NCBI GenBank assembly: GCA_963555995.3 | Contig: OY821641.1 | Coordinates: 1,536,001-1,600,000, forward strand | Length of the DNA stretch: 64,000 bases | Origin: Vicinamibacteria bacterium | GTDB lineage: Bacteria; Acidobacteriota; Vicinamibacteria; Marinacidobacterales; Marinacidobacteraceae | Reading direction: 5' to 3' | Program-made: the position numbers and the translations under genes | The notes under the pieces: generated by a model | What the model was told of the DNA's origin: nothing | Database searches by the model: none | What the model saw: only the letters and a program-made list of their open reading frames with translations | Shown: piece after piece, positions 28,392 through 38,574 of the stretch | Layout: each line of letters begins with the position of its first letter | Position numbering within the stretch: position 1 is the stretch's first letter

Positions 28392-31316
28392 CTAGCGCCG
28401 GGGCGGGCGCCGGCCGCGGGACCGGGAGCGGGCTCGGTCCCGCCCCTCCTCGAGCGACGGCGCCCGGGCAATGACCTTCCGGGCGAGCCCGTCAATCCGC
28501 TTCAGGGTCTCGGTCGCCGGCCCGGACAGTGCCGGCCCGGCGGCGCGCGCGCGCTCGAGGATCCGGGTCGCGGCCTGCGCGTCTTCCCGAAGGGCGGCGC
28601 CGCGATCGGCGGCTCGTCCCGCCAGCAGGGTGCGCTGCAGGTGCTCCGCGAAGTGGGCCACCCCGCCTTCCGACGAAACGGGAGCGCGGGGTTGCGCCAG
28701 CGATTCCATTTCTTCGAGCAGTTCCGCAAGCCGCGAGGCGAGTCGTTCCTGATCGAGGCGCGTCCCCGCGAAGGCGTCGGGATCCTGTTCGAGGGCCTCC
28801 CGGAGGCAACCGAAGAGGGCGCTCTCGGTTTCGCGGGCGAGGCGGTCCGTCGAGTGGCAGGCGCGCCGGTACTCGTCCCAGAGCGAGACGGCGGCGTCAG
28901 GCCGCGCTTCGGCTGGTTGGGCGGCGAGTTCCGCGATGCGGGTGCGGAGGCCGGCGTCGGCCTCGCTTCGCGGACTGGTTTCGGGAGGGCCGGCGTCGGA
29001 CTTCGCGTCCCGCGCCGCTTCCCGAAAGCGGTCGCGGGCCGCGTCGCAGGCGCCCCGGAAGTCCTCCCAGAGGCGGTCGCCCTCCTTGCGGGGGACGGGT
29101 GGCGACTCCTTCCACGCGCGCATCAGGTCGCGAACCGCGTTCCGCACGGTCTCGGCATCGGCCTCGTCGAAGAGCGCCTTCGCGCGGGCGATCAGGTCCT
29201 CGCGGATCGGGATGTTGGCGGCGAACTCCTCGTAGCGCTGTTTCCTCAGCGCCTTGAGTTCGGTGAAATACCGGTCGTTCGCGGCGCGGAACCGCTTCCA
29301 GAGCCGCTCCGAGCGTTTGCCCATGCCCTTGGCGCGCTCGCGCCACGCGGGCATCAGCGAGCGCATCTCGGCGGCCCGCCGGGGGTCGGCGCCCTCGGCG
29401 ATCTCCTCCGCCTTCTCGACGAGCGCGCGAAGTCCCCCCAGCTTCTCGTTGAGCTCGCGCTCGGCGGCTTCCCTGAGGGGGCCGATCCGTTCGAGGATCG
29501 CTTCCCGTACCTTGCCCCACTCTTCCCAGAGTTCCTGACCCCGGTCGCGCCCCGTGTGCCGGGCCTGGTGCCAGGCGCGTTCGAGAACGGCGAGTTCGCG
29601 GTCCACCCGCTCAAGGTCCTCGACCTCGGCGAGCGCCCGCGCCCGGCGGATGAGTTCCGCCTGCTCTTCGAGGTTGGACCAGTGACGCCACTCGCGAAGT
29701 TCCCGGGCCTCCCGCAGCCTCGGCATGAGCGCGGCCTGGAGGCGCTGGAAACGGGTCTGCCGTTCCGGCCCCACGCGGCGCCAGACCGAGGCGTCGTTTC
29801 TCAGCGCCCCGAGTTCACGAAGGGCGGACTCCCCCGCTTCGAGCGGAAACGGGTCCGACGATTCGAGCGAGGCGAGCCGTTCCTCGAGTCCGGTGATCCG
29901 TTCCTCGGACTTGCGGACCTGCTCCTCGCGTGCCGACTCGGCGGCGCTGAGCGCCTGCTCTGCCTGTTGGGCGGCGGTCTGGAACCGCGCGGCGTCGGGC
30001 GTCTCGGATGGCTCCAGGCGATCGAAGCGGCGCGCCAACCGCGAGAGTTCCCGGCGGGCCTGGGCAATCTCGGGGCCGGAGGATCGTTCGCCGAGGGACT
30101 TGGCGAGGGCCACCGCGTGATCCGCCAGTTCGGCGACCTGGAACTCCCGGATGCGAGCCTTCTTCCGCTCGAGCGCCCGTTCCTTCGCGCCCTCCGCAGC
30201 GGCGCGCAGCCGGGCGCCGCCCACCTCGGCGCCCGCCGTCCCCTCGAGCAGCTTCCGGCACTCCCGCTCGGCTGCTTCCACGTCGGCCAGGCTCAGGACG
30301 GCTTCGGCATCCTCCAGCCGGGTGAGGATCTCTCCGGCCGCCGGCGGCGGATCCGGCAGGGGCGCGGCCGGCTCGGCCGGCGCGCGCTCCCCGTCGTCCG
30401 ACCGGGCATCTTCCTCGGGAAAGGCGAGGCGAACCGCACTCTCGCCGCGAGATCCTCCGCCCGCGAGACTCCCCCGCAGTTCACCGAGCCGCGCGGTGAG
30501 TTCGTCCGCCACCGGGCCGGAGGCGATCACGGCGTCGGCCTCCGCGAGCAGGCTCGCGCTCTGCGCCGGGGTGGCCGGATCCGCGGCGGCAAGGCGATCG
30601 AGCAGGCCACCGAGCGTCTTCTCCCGCAACTGCACCCGCTCCGGATGGTCCGGAGGCAGCCGTTCCTCGGCCCGGCGCCGGGCCAGCCGGCGCACGCTCT
30701 TCGAGTTGCTCCCGGTTGCCGCGGTGAGCAGCAGTTCCGGATCCTCGAGCCGGCGGACCGCGGCCTGGGCGCTCTCGCGGTCTTCCGCCGACACCGCCAC
30801 CTGCAGGAGGCCGGGCGGACTGGAGATGGCCTCGAGGGCGTGGCTTCGAAGCGCGGGTTCCGCGGCCCGTCCGGCCACCGTCGCGAGGGCCGCATCGCGA
30901 CCGACCGCTGCCGCGGGAACGGCGGTCAGGCGCGTGAGCGCCTCGGTGCGAATCGCCTCGAAATGGGCCCGGCATGCCACCTCGGCGACCGCGCGCAGCG
31001 GGACGAGGAGCCCGAGCGCTCGCCGCGACTCGTCCTCGTCCCGGTCGTCGGCGGCGATCTTGACCAGGAGCGCCTCGCCTCGGGAACGGGCCAGCCGGCG
31101 GGCGGCTTCGTCGCCGGCGCTGTCCGTCAGTTCGAGCAGCACCCGAGGCGCTTCGAGGCGCCGCACCGCCTCCTTGCGCACACGGGCATCGGGATCGGAG
31201 CGGGCGAGACCCGCGAGGGTCCCGGTGTCTTCGGGAGGGTGTTTCTGCACCGCCTTGAGGCGTACAGCGGCGTCGCGGCTCTTGATGGGGGAGGCGAATC
31301 GTTCGAGAACGGACAT
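28392..31316 (-). CDS. DUF349-domain protein with N-terminal HEAT-like repeats
   Basis: DPDARVRKEAVRRL-type repeats; WSNLEEQAELI..., and LWEEW, LWKRFRAANDRYF, LWEDFRGACD repeats; start ATG 31316. Confidence 0.75.
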   Translation of the reverse strand: MSVLERFASPIKSRDAAVRLKAVQKHPPEDTGTLAGLARSDPDARVRKEAVRRLEAPRVLLELTDSAGDEAARRLARSRGEALLVKIAADDRDEDESRRALGLLVPLRAVAEVACRAHFEAIRTEALTRLTAVPAAAVGRDAALATVAGRAAEPALRSHALEAISSPPGLLQVAVSAEDRESAQAAVRRLEDPELLLTAATGSNSKSVRRLARRRAEERLPPDHPERVQLREKTLGGLLDRLAAADPATPAQSASLLAEADAVIASGPVADELTARLGELRGSLAGGGSRGESAVRLAFPEEDARSDDGERAPAEPAAPLPDPPPAAGEILTRLEDAEAVLSLADVEAAERECRKLLEGTAGAEVGGARLRAAAEGAKERALERKKARIREFQVAELADHAVALAKSLGERSSGPEIAQARRELSRLARRFDRLEPSETPDAARFQTAAQQAEQALSAAESAREEQVRKSEERITGLEERLASLESSDPFPLEAGESALRELGALRNDASVWRRVGPERQTRFQRLQAALMPRLREARELREWRHWSNLEEQAELIRRARALAEVEDLERVDRELAVLERAWHQARHTGRDRGQELWEEWGKVREAILERIGPLREAAERELNEKLGGLRALVEKAEEIAEGADPRRAAEMRSLMPAWRERAKGMGKRSERLWKRFRAANDRYFTELKALRKQRYEEFAANIPIREDLIARAKALFDEADAETVRNAVRDLMRAWKESPPVPRKEGDRLWEDFRGACDAARDRFREAARDAKSDAGPPETSPRSEADAGLRTRIAELAAQPAEARPDAAVSLWDEYRRACHSTDRLARETESALFGCLREALEQDPDAFAGTRLDQERLASRLAELLEEMESLAQPRAPVSSEGGVAHFAEHLQRTLLAGRAADRGAALREDAQAATRILERARAAGPALSGPATETLKRIDGLARKVIARAPSLEEGRDRARSRSRGRRPPRR

Positions 31317-31477
31317 GTGAGGTCTCGGGAGGCGCGAAAATATAGAGGCTTGGACGCGCAAACGTCAGAAGCGGGTCGCCGAGCCCGGAAGTTCGAGCCT
31401 GAAACGGGGGATGCAGGGGCGAGGAGCGCCGGGGAGTTTCGGCATGCGGCCGGCGTGCGGAAAGTAGGCTTCGCCCC

Positions 31478-32680
31478 TTGAAGACCCGCCCGGAGACTTC
31501 CTCGTTCACCTGGCCGGGCGCGGTGCTGGGCACGGTGATCGCGCTCGGGTTGCTCGACCAGCAGGTGATCACGCCGCTGATCGCGGCCCTCGCGGGAGGC
31601 CTCCGGGTGGGAGTTGCCGAGATCGGCCTCGCCATTTCCGCCTACTCCTTTGCGGCCGCCCTGGCGGCCCTGGTCATGGGCCCGCTCTCGGACACCCGCG
31701 GGCGCCGCCCCTACCTGCTCCTCGGGGCCGTGCTGATGCTGGCGTCCGCCGGCGTGATCTCCCTGACGCCCCACTACGCCGGGTTCCTGCTGGCGCGGCT
31801 CGCCGCCGGATTCGCCGGCGGCACGATCGCGGCGATCGCCGTCGCCTGGATCGCCGACCTGGTGCCCTACCGGCGGCGCGGCAGGGTCATGTCCTTTCTC
31901 ATGGGGGGAGCGATGGGGGCCGCGATTCTGGGACAGGTCGGTGCGGCCTTCGCCGCCGGCCGTTTCGGACACCAGGTCGTCTATGGGGCGATCGCGATCC
32001 TCGCGGCCCTGACGCTCGCGATGCTCCTCGCGCTCCCGGAAGCGCGGTCGCGGGAGACGGTTCCCGAACCGCTCGGACGCAGGCTGGCCGGCCACCTGGA
32101 GTTCGTGAAGAGCCCGGTCCACCGGACGGCGGCGCTCGCCGCGTTCTGCATGTCCGGGAGCCTGGTGGGGATTTCCGCCTACGCCTCGGGGTGGCTCCAG
32201 GAGGTGCGCGGGTTTTCCCTCGAAGCGGTGGGTGTGCTCTACGGGGGACTTGGCGCCGCGATCATGGCCGCGCAGCTCCTTGCCGGACCGCTTGCCGACC
32301 GCGTCGGGAAGCGTCGTTTCACCGTACTGGCCTCCGTCGCCGTGGCGGCCATGACCCCGGTCCTGCCGTGGCTCACGAGTACCCCACTGGTGGTGGCCAT
32401 ACTTCTCTTCGGGTGCCTCGCGGTGGCCCGTATCGCCGCGTTCACCGCGCTCCGCAGCGAGCTGGTGCCCCCGACGCGCCGCGCGAGTTTTCTGGGGTTT
32501 TCGAACGTCTTCTCACAGCTCGGCATCGCGGCGGCGGTCGCGGCCGGAGGGCTGCTGTATCCGTACGGGTTCGAACCGGTCTGCTGGCTGATGGCGGGTC
32601 TCGGCGCACTCGCGGTGGTCCTGATCGCGCGAGTTCCGGAACCCGGATCGGCGCCGGGAACGGCGTCCGCGAACGGATGA
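31478..32680 (+). CDS. MFS transporter
   Basis: GPLSDTRGRR and GPLADRVGKRR motif A; about 12 TM segments. Confidence 0.88.
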   Translation: MKTRPETSSFTWPGAVLGTVIALGLLDQQVITPLIAALAGGLRVGVAEIGLAISAYSFAAALAALVMGPLSDTRGRRPYLLLGAVLMLASAGVISLTPHYAGFLLARLAAGFAGGTIAAIAVAWIADLVPYRRRGRVMSFLMGGAMGAAILGQVGAAFAAGRFGHQVVYGAIAILAALTLAMLLALPEARSRETVPEPLGRRLAGHLEFVKSPVHRTAALAAFCMSGSLVGISAYASGWLQEVRGFSLEAVGVLYGGLGAAIMAAQLLAGPLADRVGKRRFTVLASVAVAAMTPVLPWLTSTPLVVAILLFGCLAVARIAAFTALRSELVPPTRRASFLGFSNVFSQLGIAAAVAAGGLLYPYGFEPVCWLMAGLGALAVVLIARVPEPGSAPGTASANG

Positions 32681-33644
32681 CCTCGGCGGGGAATCGCCGC
32701 CGGAGGGTGCGGCGGATCCTGTGCGGGCTGGCGGCTCTCACGCTGCTGGTCGCCCTGTCGCTCCCCACGGCGGTGGGGGTGCTGCTCGCCAGTTACTCGG
32801 GGACGCGCCCCCAGGACCTCCTCGATCGGGCGACGCCCGGGGACTACGGGGTGTCCTACCGGACCGTCCTGCTCCGGAGCGAAGACGGAGTGCGGCTTGC
32901 TTCCTGGCTCCTGAGGGCGCGGCGCGCGGGCGGGTGTTCGGTGGTGCTCGCCCACGGCCTCTTCCGGTCGCGCCGCGAGATGCTCGACCGCGCCGCCTAC
33001 CTGTCGGCGCGCGGCTGCCATGCCCTGACCCTCGACCTCAGACGCCACGGCGACAGCGCGGGGAGGCGAACGAGCCTCGGGTACTTCGAGGGGCTGGACG
33101 TGATCGCGGCGGCGCGGTTCCTCCGTCGCGAGTTCCCCGAAGATCGCCTCTATCTCCTCGGGGTATCCATGGGAGGAGCGGCGGCGGCGCGGGCGGGGGC
33201 GGCGATGACGGACGACATCGCGGGGGTTGTCCTCGACAGCACCTTCCGCAACGTCCCCGAAGTGGTGGATCGCTACGCCGCGCTCCTGGTCGGGCTGCCT
33301 CCTTTTCCGGCCGGGGACCTGACCCTGCTCGGGCTCGAGTTCGCCGCCCGTTTCGAACCACGGAAGATGGATGTGGAGCGGTTCTCCGCGCGGCTGGGGG
33401 AGGCAGGGGTCCCGATCCTGGTGATTGCGGGGGATGAGGACCGGAGAGCGCCGCTCGAGGCGCAGGCCGCGGTCTTTCGGGCAAACGGTCATCCCCGGAG
33501 CCGGATGAACGTCGTCGAGGGCGCGACCCACGGGCGGCCGTGCCTCCTGGAACCGCGGACATGCGAAGCGGCGCTCGCGGAATTCCTGGATCTTGCCCCG
33601 GAAGAGGCCGGAACGGCGATGAAACTGCTCTACGATCCCGGACC

Positions 33645-33648
<4 letters not shown>
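32677..33648 (+). CDS. Membrane-anchored alpha/beta hydrolase
   Basis: AHGL, DLRRHGDS, GVSMGG nucleophile elbow, GDED, ATHG; ATGA overlaps on both sides. Confidence 0.85.
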
Positions 33649-35075
<1,427 letters not shown>

Positions 35076-35107
35076 TCCGGCTCCGCCCCTGAGCGCCTCC
35101 TCCTCCG

Positions 35108-35641
35108 ATGACGATCGCCAATCAGCTCACCGTGCTCCGGCTGCTGCTGGCCCCGGTGGTGGTCATCTGCATCCTCTACGGACGCTTCGGACTCGCCCTG
35201 GGAGCGCTCGTGCTGGCCGGCCTCACCGACGTGATGGACGGGGTGCTCGCCCGCCGCCTCGGAGAGAACAGCCACCTCGGCGCGCTCCTCGACCCGCTCG
35301 CCGACAAGGTGCTGATCGTGTCGGCGGTGGTGACCCTGGCCGCGCCCATCGAGGCGGTCTCGGTGCGGATCCCGGCCTGGGTCGCGATCATGGTGCTGTC
35401 CCGGGACGCCACGATCCTGTTCGTGGCCGGGGCCTACAACCTGGCGGTCGAGCGCCGCAACTTCATCCCCAGCCGGCTCGGCAAGGCCGCGACCGTGATC
35501 AACGTGGTGGGCATCTTCTGGTTCCTGGCCGCGAACCTGCTCGGGCTCGACAGCGTCGTCACCCCGCTGCTGCTGGCGGCGATGGTGACCCTCACGGTGA
35601 TCACCTCGCTCCAATACCTCTGGCGGGTGCGCTTGCTCTAG
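35108..35641 (+). CDS. Second CDP-alcohol phosphatidyltransferase (PgsA-like or eukaryote-type cardiolipin synthase)
   Basis: TIANQLTVLR, TDVMDGVLARRLGENSHLGALLDPLADK, SRD, GKAAT. Confidence 0.85.
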   Translation: MTIANQLTVLRLLLAPVVVICILYGRFGLALGALVLAGLTDVMDGVLARRLGENSHLGALLDPLADKVLIVSAVVTLAAPIEAVSVRIPAWVAIMVLSRDATILFVAGAYNLAVERRNFIPSRLGKAATVINVVGIFWFLAANLLGLDSVVTPLLLAAMVTLTVITSLQYLWRVRLL

Positions 35642-35660
35642 CAGGTTTCCCGGCTTTTCC

Positions 35661-37541
35661 TCACGGCCGGCGGCCCCGGAACTGGGGCAGGAAACCGAGC
35701 GCCGCCAACCCGGCGCCGATCAGGCGCAGTATGGGGTCCGGAAAGAGCAGGAGCAGCGCCGCCGCGGCCAGCAGCAGGCGCAGGGGCCAGGAGACGGCGC
35801 GCACGCCGTGTCCGTAGAGCGCCAGCGCGGCCGCCGCCATGGCGAGGAGGCCGCCGGCAAAAGCCAGACCCTGTGCGAAGCCCAGGGGTTCTCCTCCACC
35901 GGGAAGCAGCGGCGTGTAGGCCATGAGCAGCGGCACCATGAAGAGTCCGGCGGCCAGCCGCACCGCCTGGAAGGCGGTCGGCATCGGACGGCCACCCGCC
36001 ACGCCGGCGCCGGCGAAGGCGGCGAGCGCGATGGGAGGGGTCACGTTGGAAGTCTGGGAGAGCCAGAAGAGAATGAGGTGGGCCGTCAGCAGCGGTACTC
36101 CGAGCCCGGTGAGGGCGGGCGCGGCGACCACCGCGACGACGATGTAGGCGGCGGTCACCGGCAGACCCATTCCGAGCACCAGCGCCACCAGCGCGGACAA
36201 CCCCAGGGCAGGGAGGAGGGCTCCCTCGGAAGCGCTGAGCAGGAGTTCGGCGAACTGCAGGCCCACTCCCGTCTGTCCGATCACCCCGACGACGATCCCC
36301 GCCGCCGCGCAGGCGAGGGACACCGGGACCGCGGTCACGGCGCCCTGCGCCAACCCCTCGAGCAGTTGCCGGAGCCCCACCCGCGTGCGGCGCCGCAGCG
36401 CGCCGGTCACCACGACGGCGAGGCACCCGGCGGCGCCCACCAGCGGGGGCGAGTAGTTCATGAGGAGGAGCGCCACGACGACCGCGACGGCGGCCAGGAA
36501 GTGGGCCCCCTCGGCGAGCGTGGCGAGGACTCGGGGGCGCGAGGGCATGGCCTCGATCCCGCGCCGGACCGCGAGTCCGTGGACGAAGAAGAGGGTTCCG
36601 GCAAAGAACAGGACCGCCGGGAGGAGCGACACGAGGACGATCCGCGGATAGGGCGTATTCGTGAGTTCCGCCATCAGGAACGCGCCCGCTCCCATGATGG
36701 GCGGCATCAGTTGGCCGCCCGTGGAGGCGGCGGCTTCGATGCCGCCGGCTTCCTCGCGCGAGAAGCCGAGGCGCTTCATCATCGGAATGGTGAGCGCTCC
36801 GGTCGTCACGGTATTGGCGATGGCGGAACCGGAAACCGAACCGAGCGCCGCCGATGCCAGCACCGCCGCTTTCGCGGGTCCGCCCCGCGCCCGCCCGGCG
36901 GCGGCGAAGGCCAGGTTGATGAAGAACCGGCCGCCGCCGGTGCATTCGAGCAGGGCTCCGAACAGCACGAAGACGAACACCGTGCTGCTCGCCACGCCGA
37001 TCGGAAGGCCGAAGAGCCCCGCCCCGGTGAAGACCTCGAAACGGACGATCCGTTCGAGTTCGAAGCCGCGGTGCGCCAGGATGCCGGGGAGCGAGGCGCC
37101 GAAGGCGTTGTAGGCGAGGAACACGGCGACCACCGAGGTCATCACCGCGCCCACCCGCCGGCGGGTGGCTTCGAGCAGCAGCGCGATCAGAACGGCGCCG
37201 GCGGCGAGATCGGCGGCGTTCAGCCCGTAGAGGATGTGGTCAATCCCCTGCCGGTCGAAACGGATGACCATGACCCCGGCGGCCACGGAGAGCGCGGCCA
37301 GCAGGAGATCGGCGGCGCGCGCCCGCCGCGGACCACCGGCGGCGCTGGCCAGAAAACCGAGGGCGAGGATCCAGGTCAGGTGGATGGGCCGCATCCAGGT
37401 GGCTCCGAGGGCGCCGAAGACGGCCTGCCAGAGCTGAAAGAGCGAGAGGGCGGCTCCGGTCAACAGGACCGGCAGCGACAGGGCGGGCCGTGGCTCTTCC
37501 GGAAGCGCAACGGTCCCGGCGGGGCCGGGAGGACTCGTCAG
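35661..37541 (-). CDS. TRAP transporter fused 4TM/12TM permease (TAXI type)
   Basis: GGPAKAAV, SGSAIANTVTTG, EAAASTGGQLMPPIMGAGAFLMAE, GMGLPVTAAY, SNVTPP; frame open back to CTG 37541, alternative start TTG 37463. Confidence 0.9.
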   Translation of the reverse strand: MTSPPGPAGTVALPEEPRPALSLPVLLTGAALSLFQLWQAVFGALGATWMRPIHLTWILALGFLASAAGGPRRARAADLLLAALSVAAGVMVIRFDRQGIDHILYGLNAADLAAGAVLIALLLEATRRRVGAVMTSVVAVFLAYNAFGASLPGILAHRGFELERIVRFEVFTGAGLFGLPIGVASSTVFVFVLFGALLECTGGGRFFINLAFAAAGRARGGPAKAAVLASAALGSVSGSAIANTVTTGALTIPMMKRLGFSREEAGGIEAAASTGGQLMPPIMGAGAFLMAELTNTPYPRIVLVSLLPAVLFFAGTLFFVHGLAVRRGIEAMPSRPRVLATLAEGAHFLAAVAVVVALLLMNYSPPLVGAAGCLAVVVTGALRRRTRVGLRQLLEGLAQGAVTAVPVSLACAAAGIVVGVIGQTGVGLQFAELLLSASEGALLPALGLSALVALVLGMGLPVTAAYIVVAVVAAPALTGLGVPLLTAHLILFWLSQTSNVTPPIALAAFAGAGVAGGRPMPTAFQAVRLAAGLFMVPLLMAYTPLLPGGGEPLGFAQGLAFAGGLLAMAAAALALYGHGVRAVSWPLRLLLAAAALLLLFPDPILRLIGAGLAALGFLPQFRGRRP

Positions 37542-38521
37542 GGGAGACTCCCCGGCGCTTGGCCACCCGGTGCCCGCGCTTCCTCGTAGAAGGCTCTCGC
37601 TCCCGGATGGAGCGGGAGACTCCCGACGTCCCCGAGGCTCTCGACCCGGATGAAGTCCGCGTTCCGGGTCACCGAACGGAACTCATCGCGGCCCGCGAGG
37701 AGTGAGGCGGTCAGCCGTTTCGCGAGATCGGCGGGCAGGTCGCGATGCACGAAGAGGATGTTCCAGAGCGAGGGCGTCAGCGTCGGAACGTCCACCCCGC
37801 GGTAGACCCCGGGCGGGACCTCGATTCCCTGGTACGCGGCGCCCGCCTTCTCGACGGCGGCGATCTCCTCCGAGGTGAACGGCACCAGCACCAGGTCGCG
37901 GGTGAGCCCCAGTTCGACCACCGAGGACACTCCCAGACCCGCGGCCAGGAACACCGCGTCCACGGTTCCGTCCTTGAGACCGTTGATGCTCTGGTTGTAG
38001 TTCATCTGGCGGACCCGGAACTCGTCTTCGGCGATCCCCACCGCGCCGAGCACGTTGCGGGCGGTCACTTCGTTCCCGGATCCCGGGGGGCCGAGCGATA
38101 CCCGTTTCCCCCGCAGGTCGGGCACCGAACGCACGTCCCGGCCTTCGACGCTCAGCAGGTGGACGATGTTCGGATAGATTCGGCCGAGGACCGCCAGCGG
38201 GAGCGGCTCCGGGAAGCGTCCCGTTCCCCCGAACGCGTCGGCGACCGCGTCCGCCTGGCCGAAACCGATGTCGCTTTCTCCCTTGGCGACCTGGATCAGG
38301 TTCGTCACCGAACCGGCGCTGACCTCCGCCTTGACCACCAGCCCGGGAAGGTCGCGCGTCCAGCGGCTCGCCATCGCGCCCCCGAGCGGGTAGTAGACGC
38401 CCGCCGTGGTCCCGGTCGCGAGCGCCAGAGGCCGCGGCCGCTCCGCTCCGCACCCGGCGAGGAGGGCGATTCCCGCAGCGGTGGCGAGAAGCGTCAGCGA
38501 ACGGCGCCGGCTGGTGAACAC
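37538..38521 (-). CDS. TAXI-family TRAP solute receptor (lipoprotein)
   Basis: Lipobox LAGC; ATGTTAGVYYPLG, GSVTN, DLRGKRVSLGPPGSG, PLHPGA. Confidence 0.92.
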   Translation of the reverse strand: MFTSRRRSLTLLATAAGIALLAGCGAERPRPLALATGTTAGVYYPLGGAMASRWTRDLPGLVVKAEVSAGSVTNLIQVAKGESDIGFGQADAVADAFGGTGRFPEPLPLAVLGRIYPNIVHLLSVEGRDVRSVPDLRGKRVSLGPPGSGNEVTARNVLGAVGIAEDEFRVRQMNYNQSINGLKDGTVDAVFLAAGLGVSSVVELGLTRDLVLVPFTSEEIAAVEKAGAAYQGIEVPPGVYRGVDVPTLTPSLWNILFVHRDLPADLAKRLTASLLAGRDEFRSVTRNADFIRVESLGDVGSLPLHPGARAFYEEARAPGGQAPGSLP

Positions 38522-38574
38522 GGTTGCGCGACGAAGTATGGTCGAGATGCGGGGGCCGGGGGGCCGGGTCGCGC

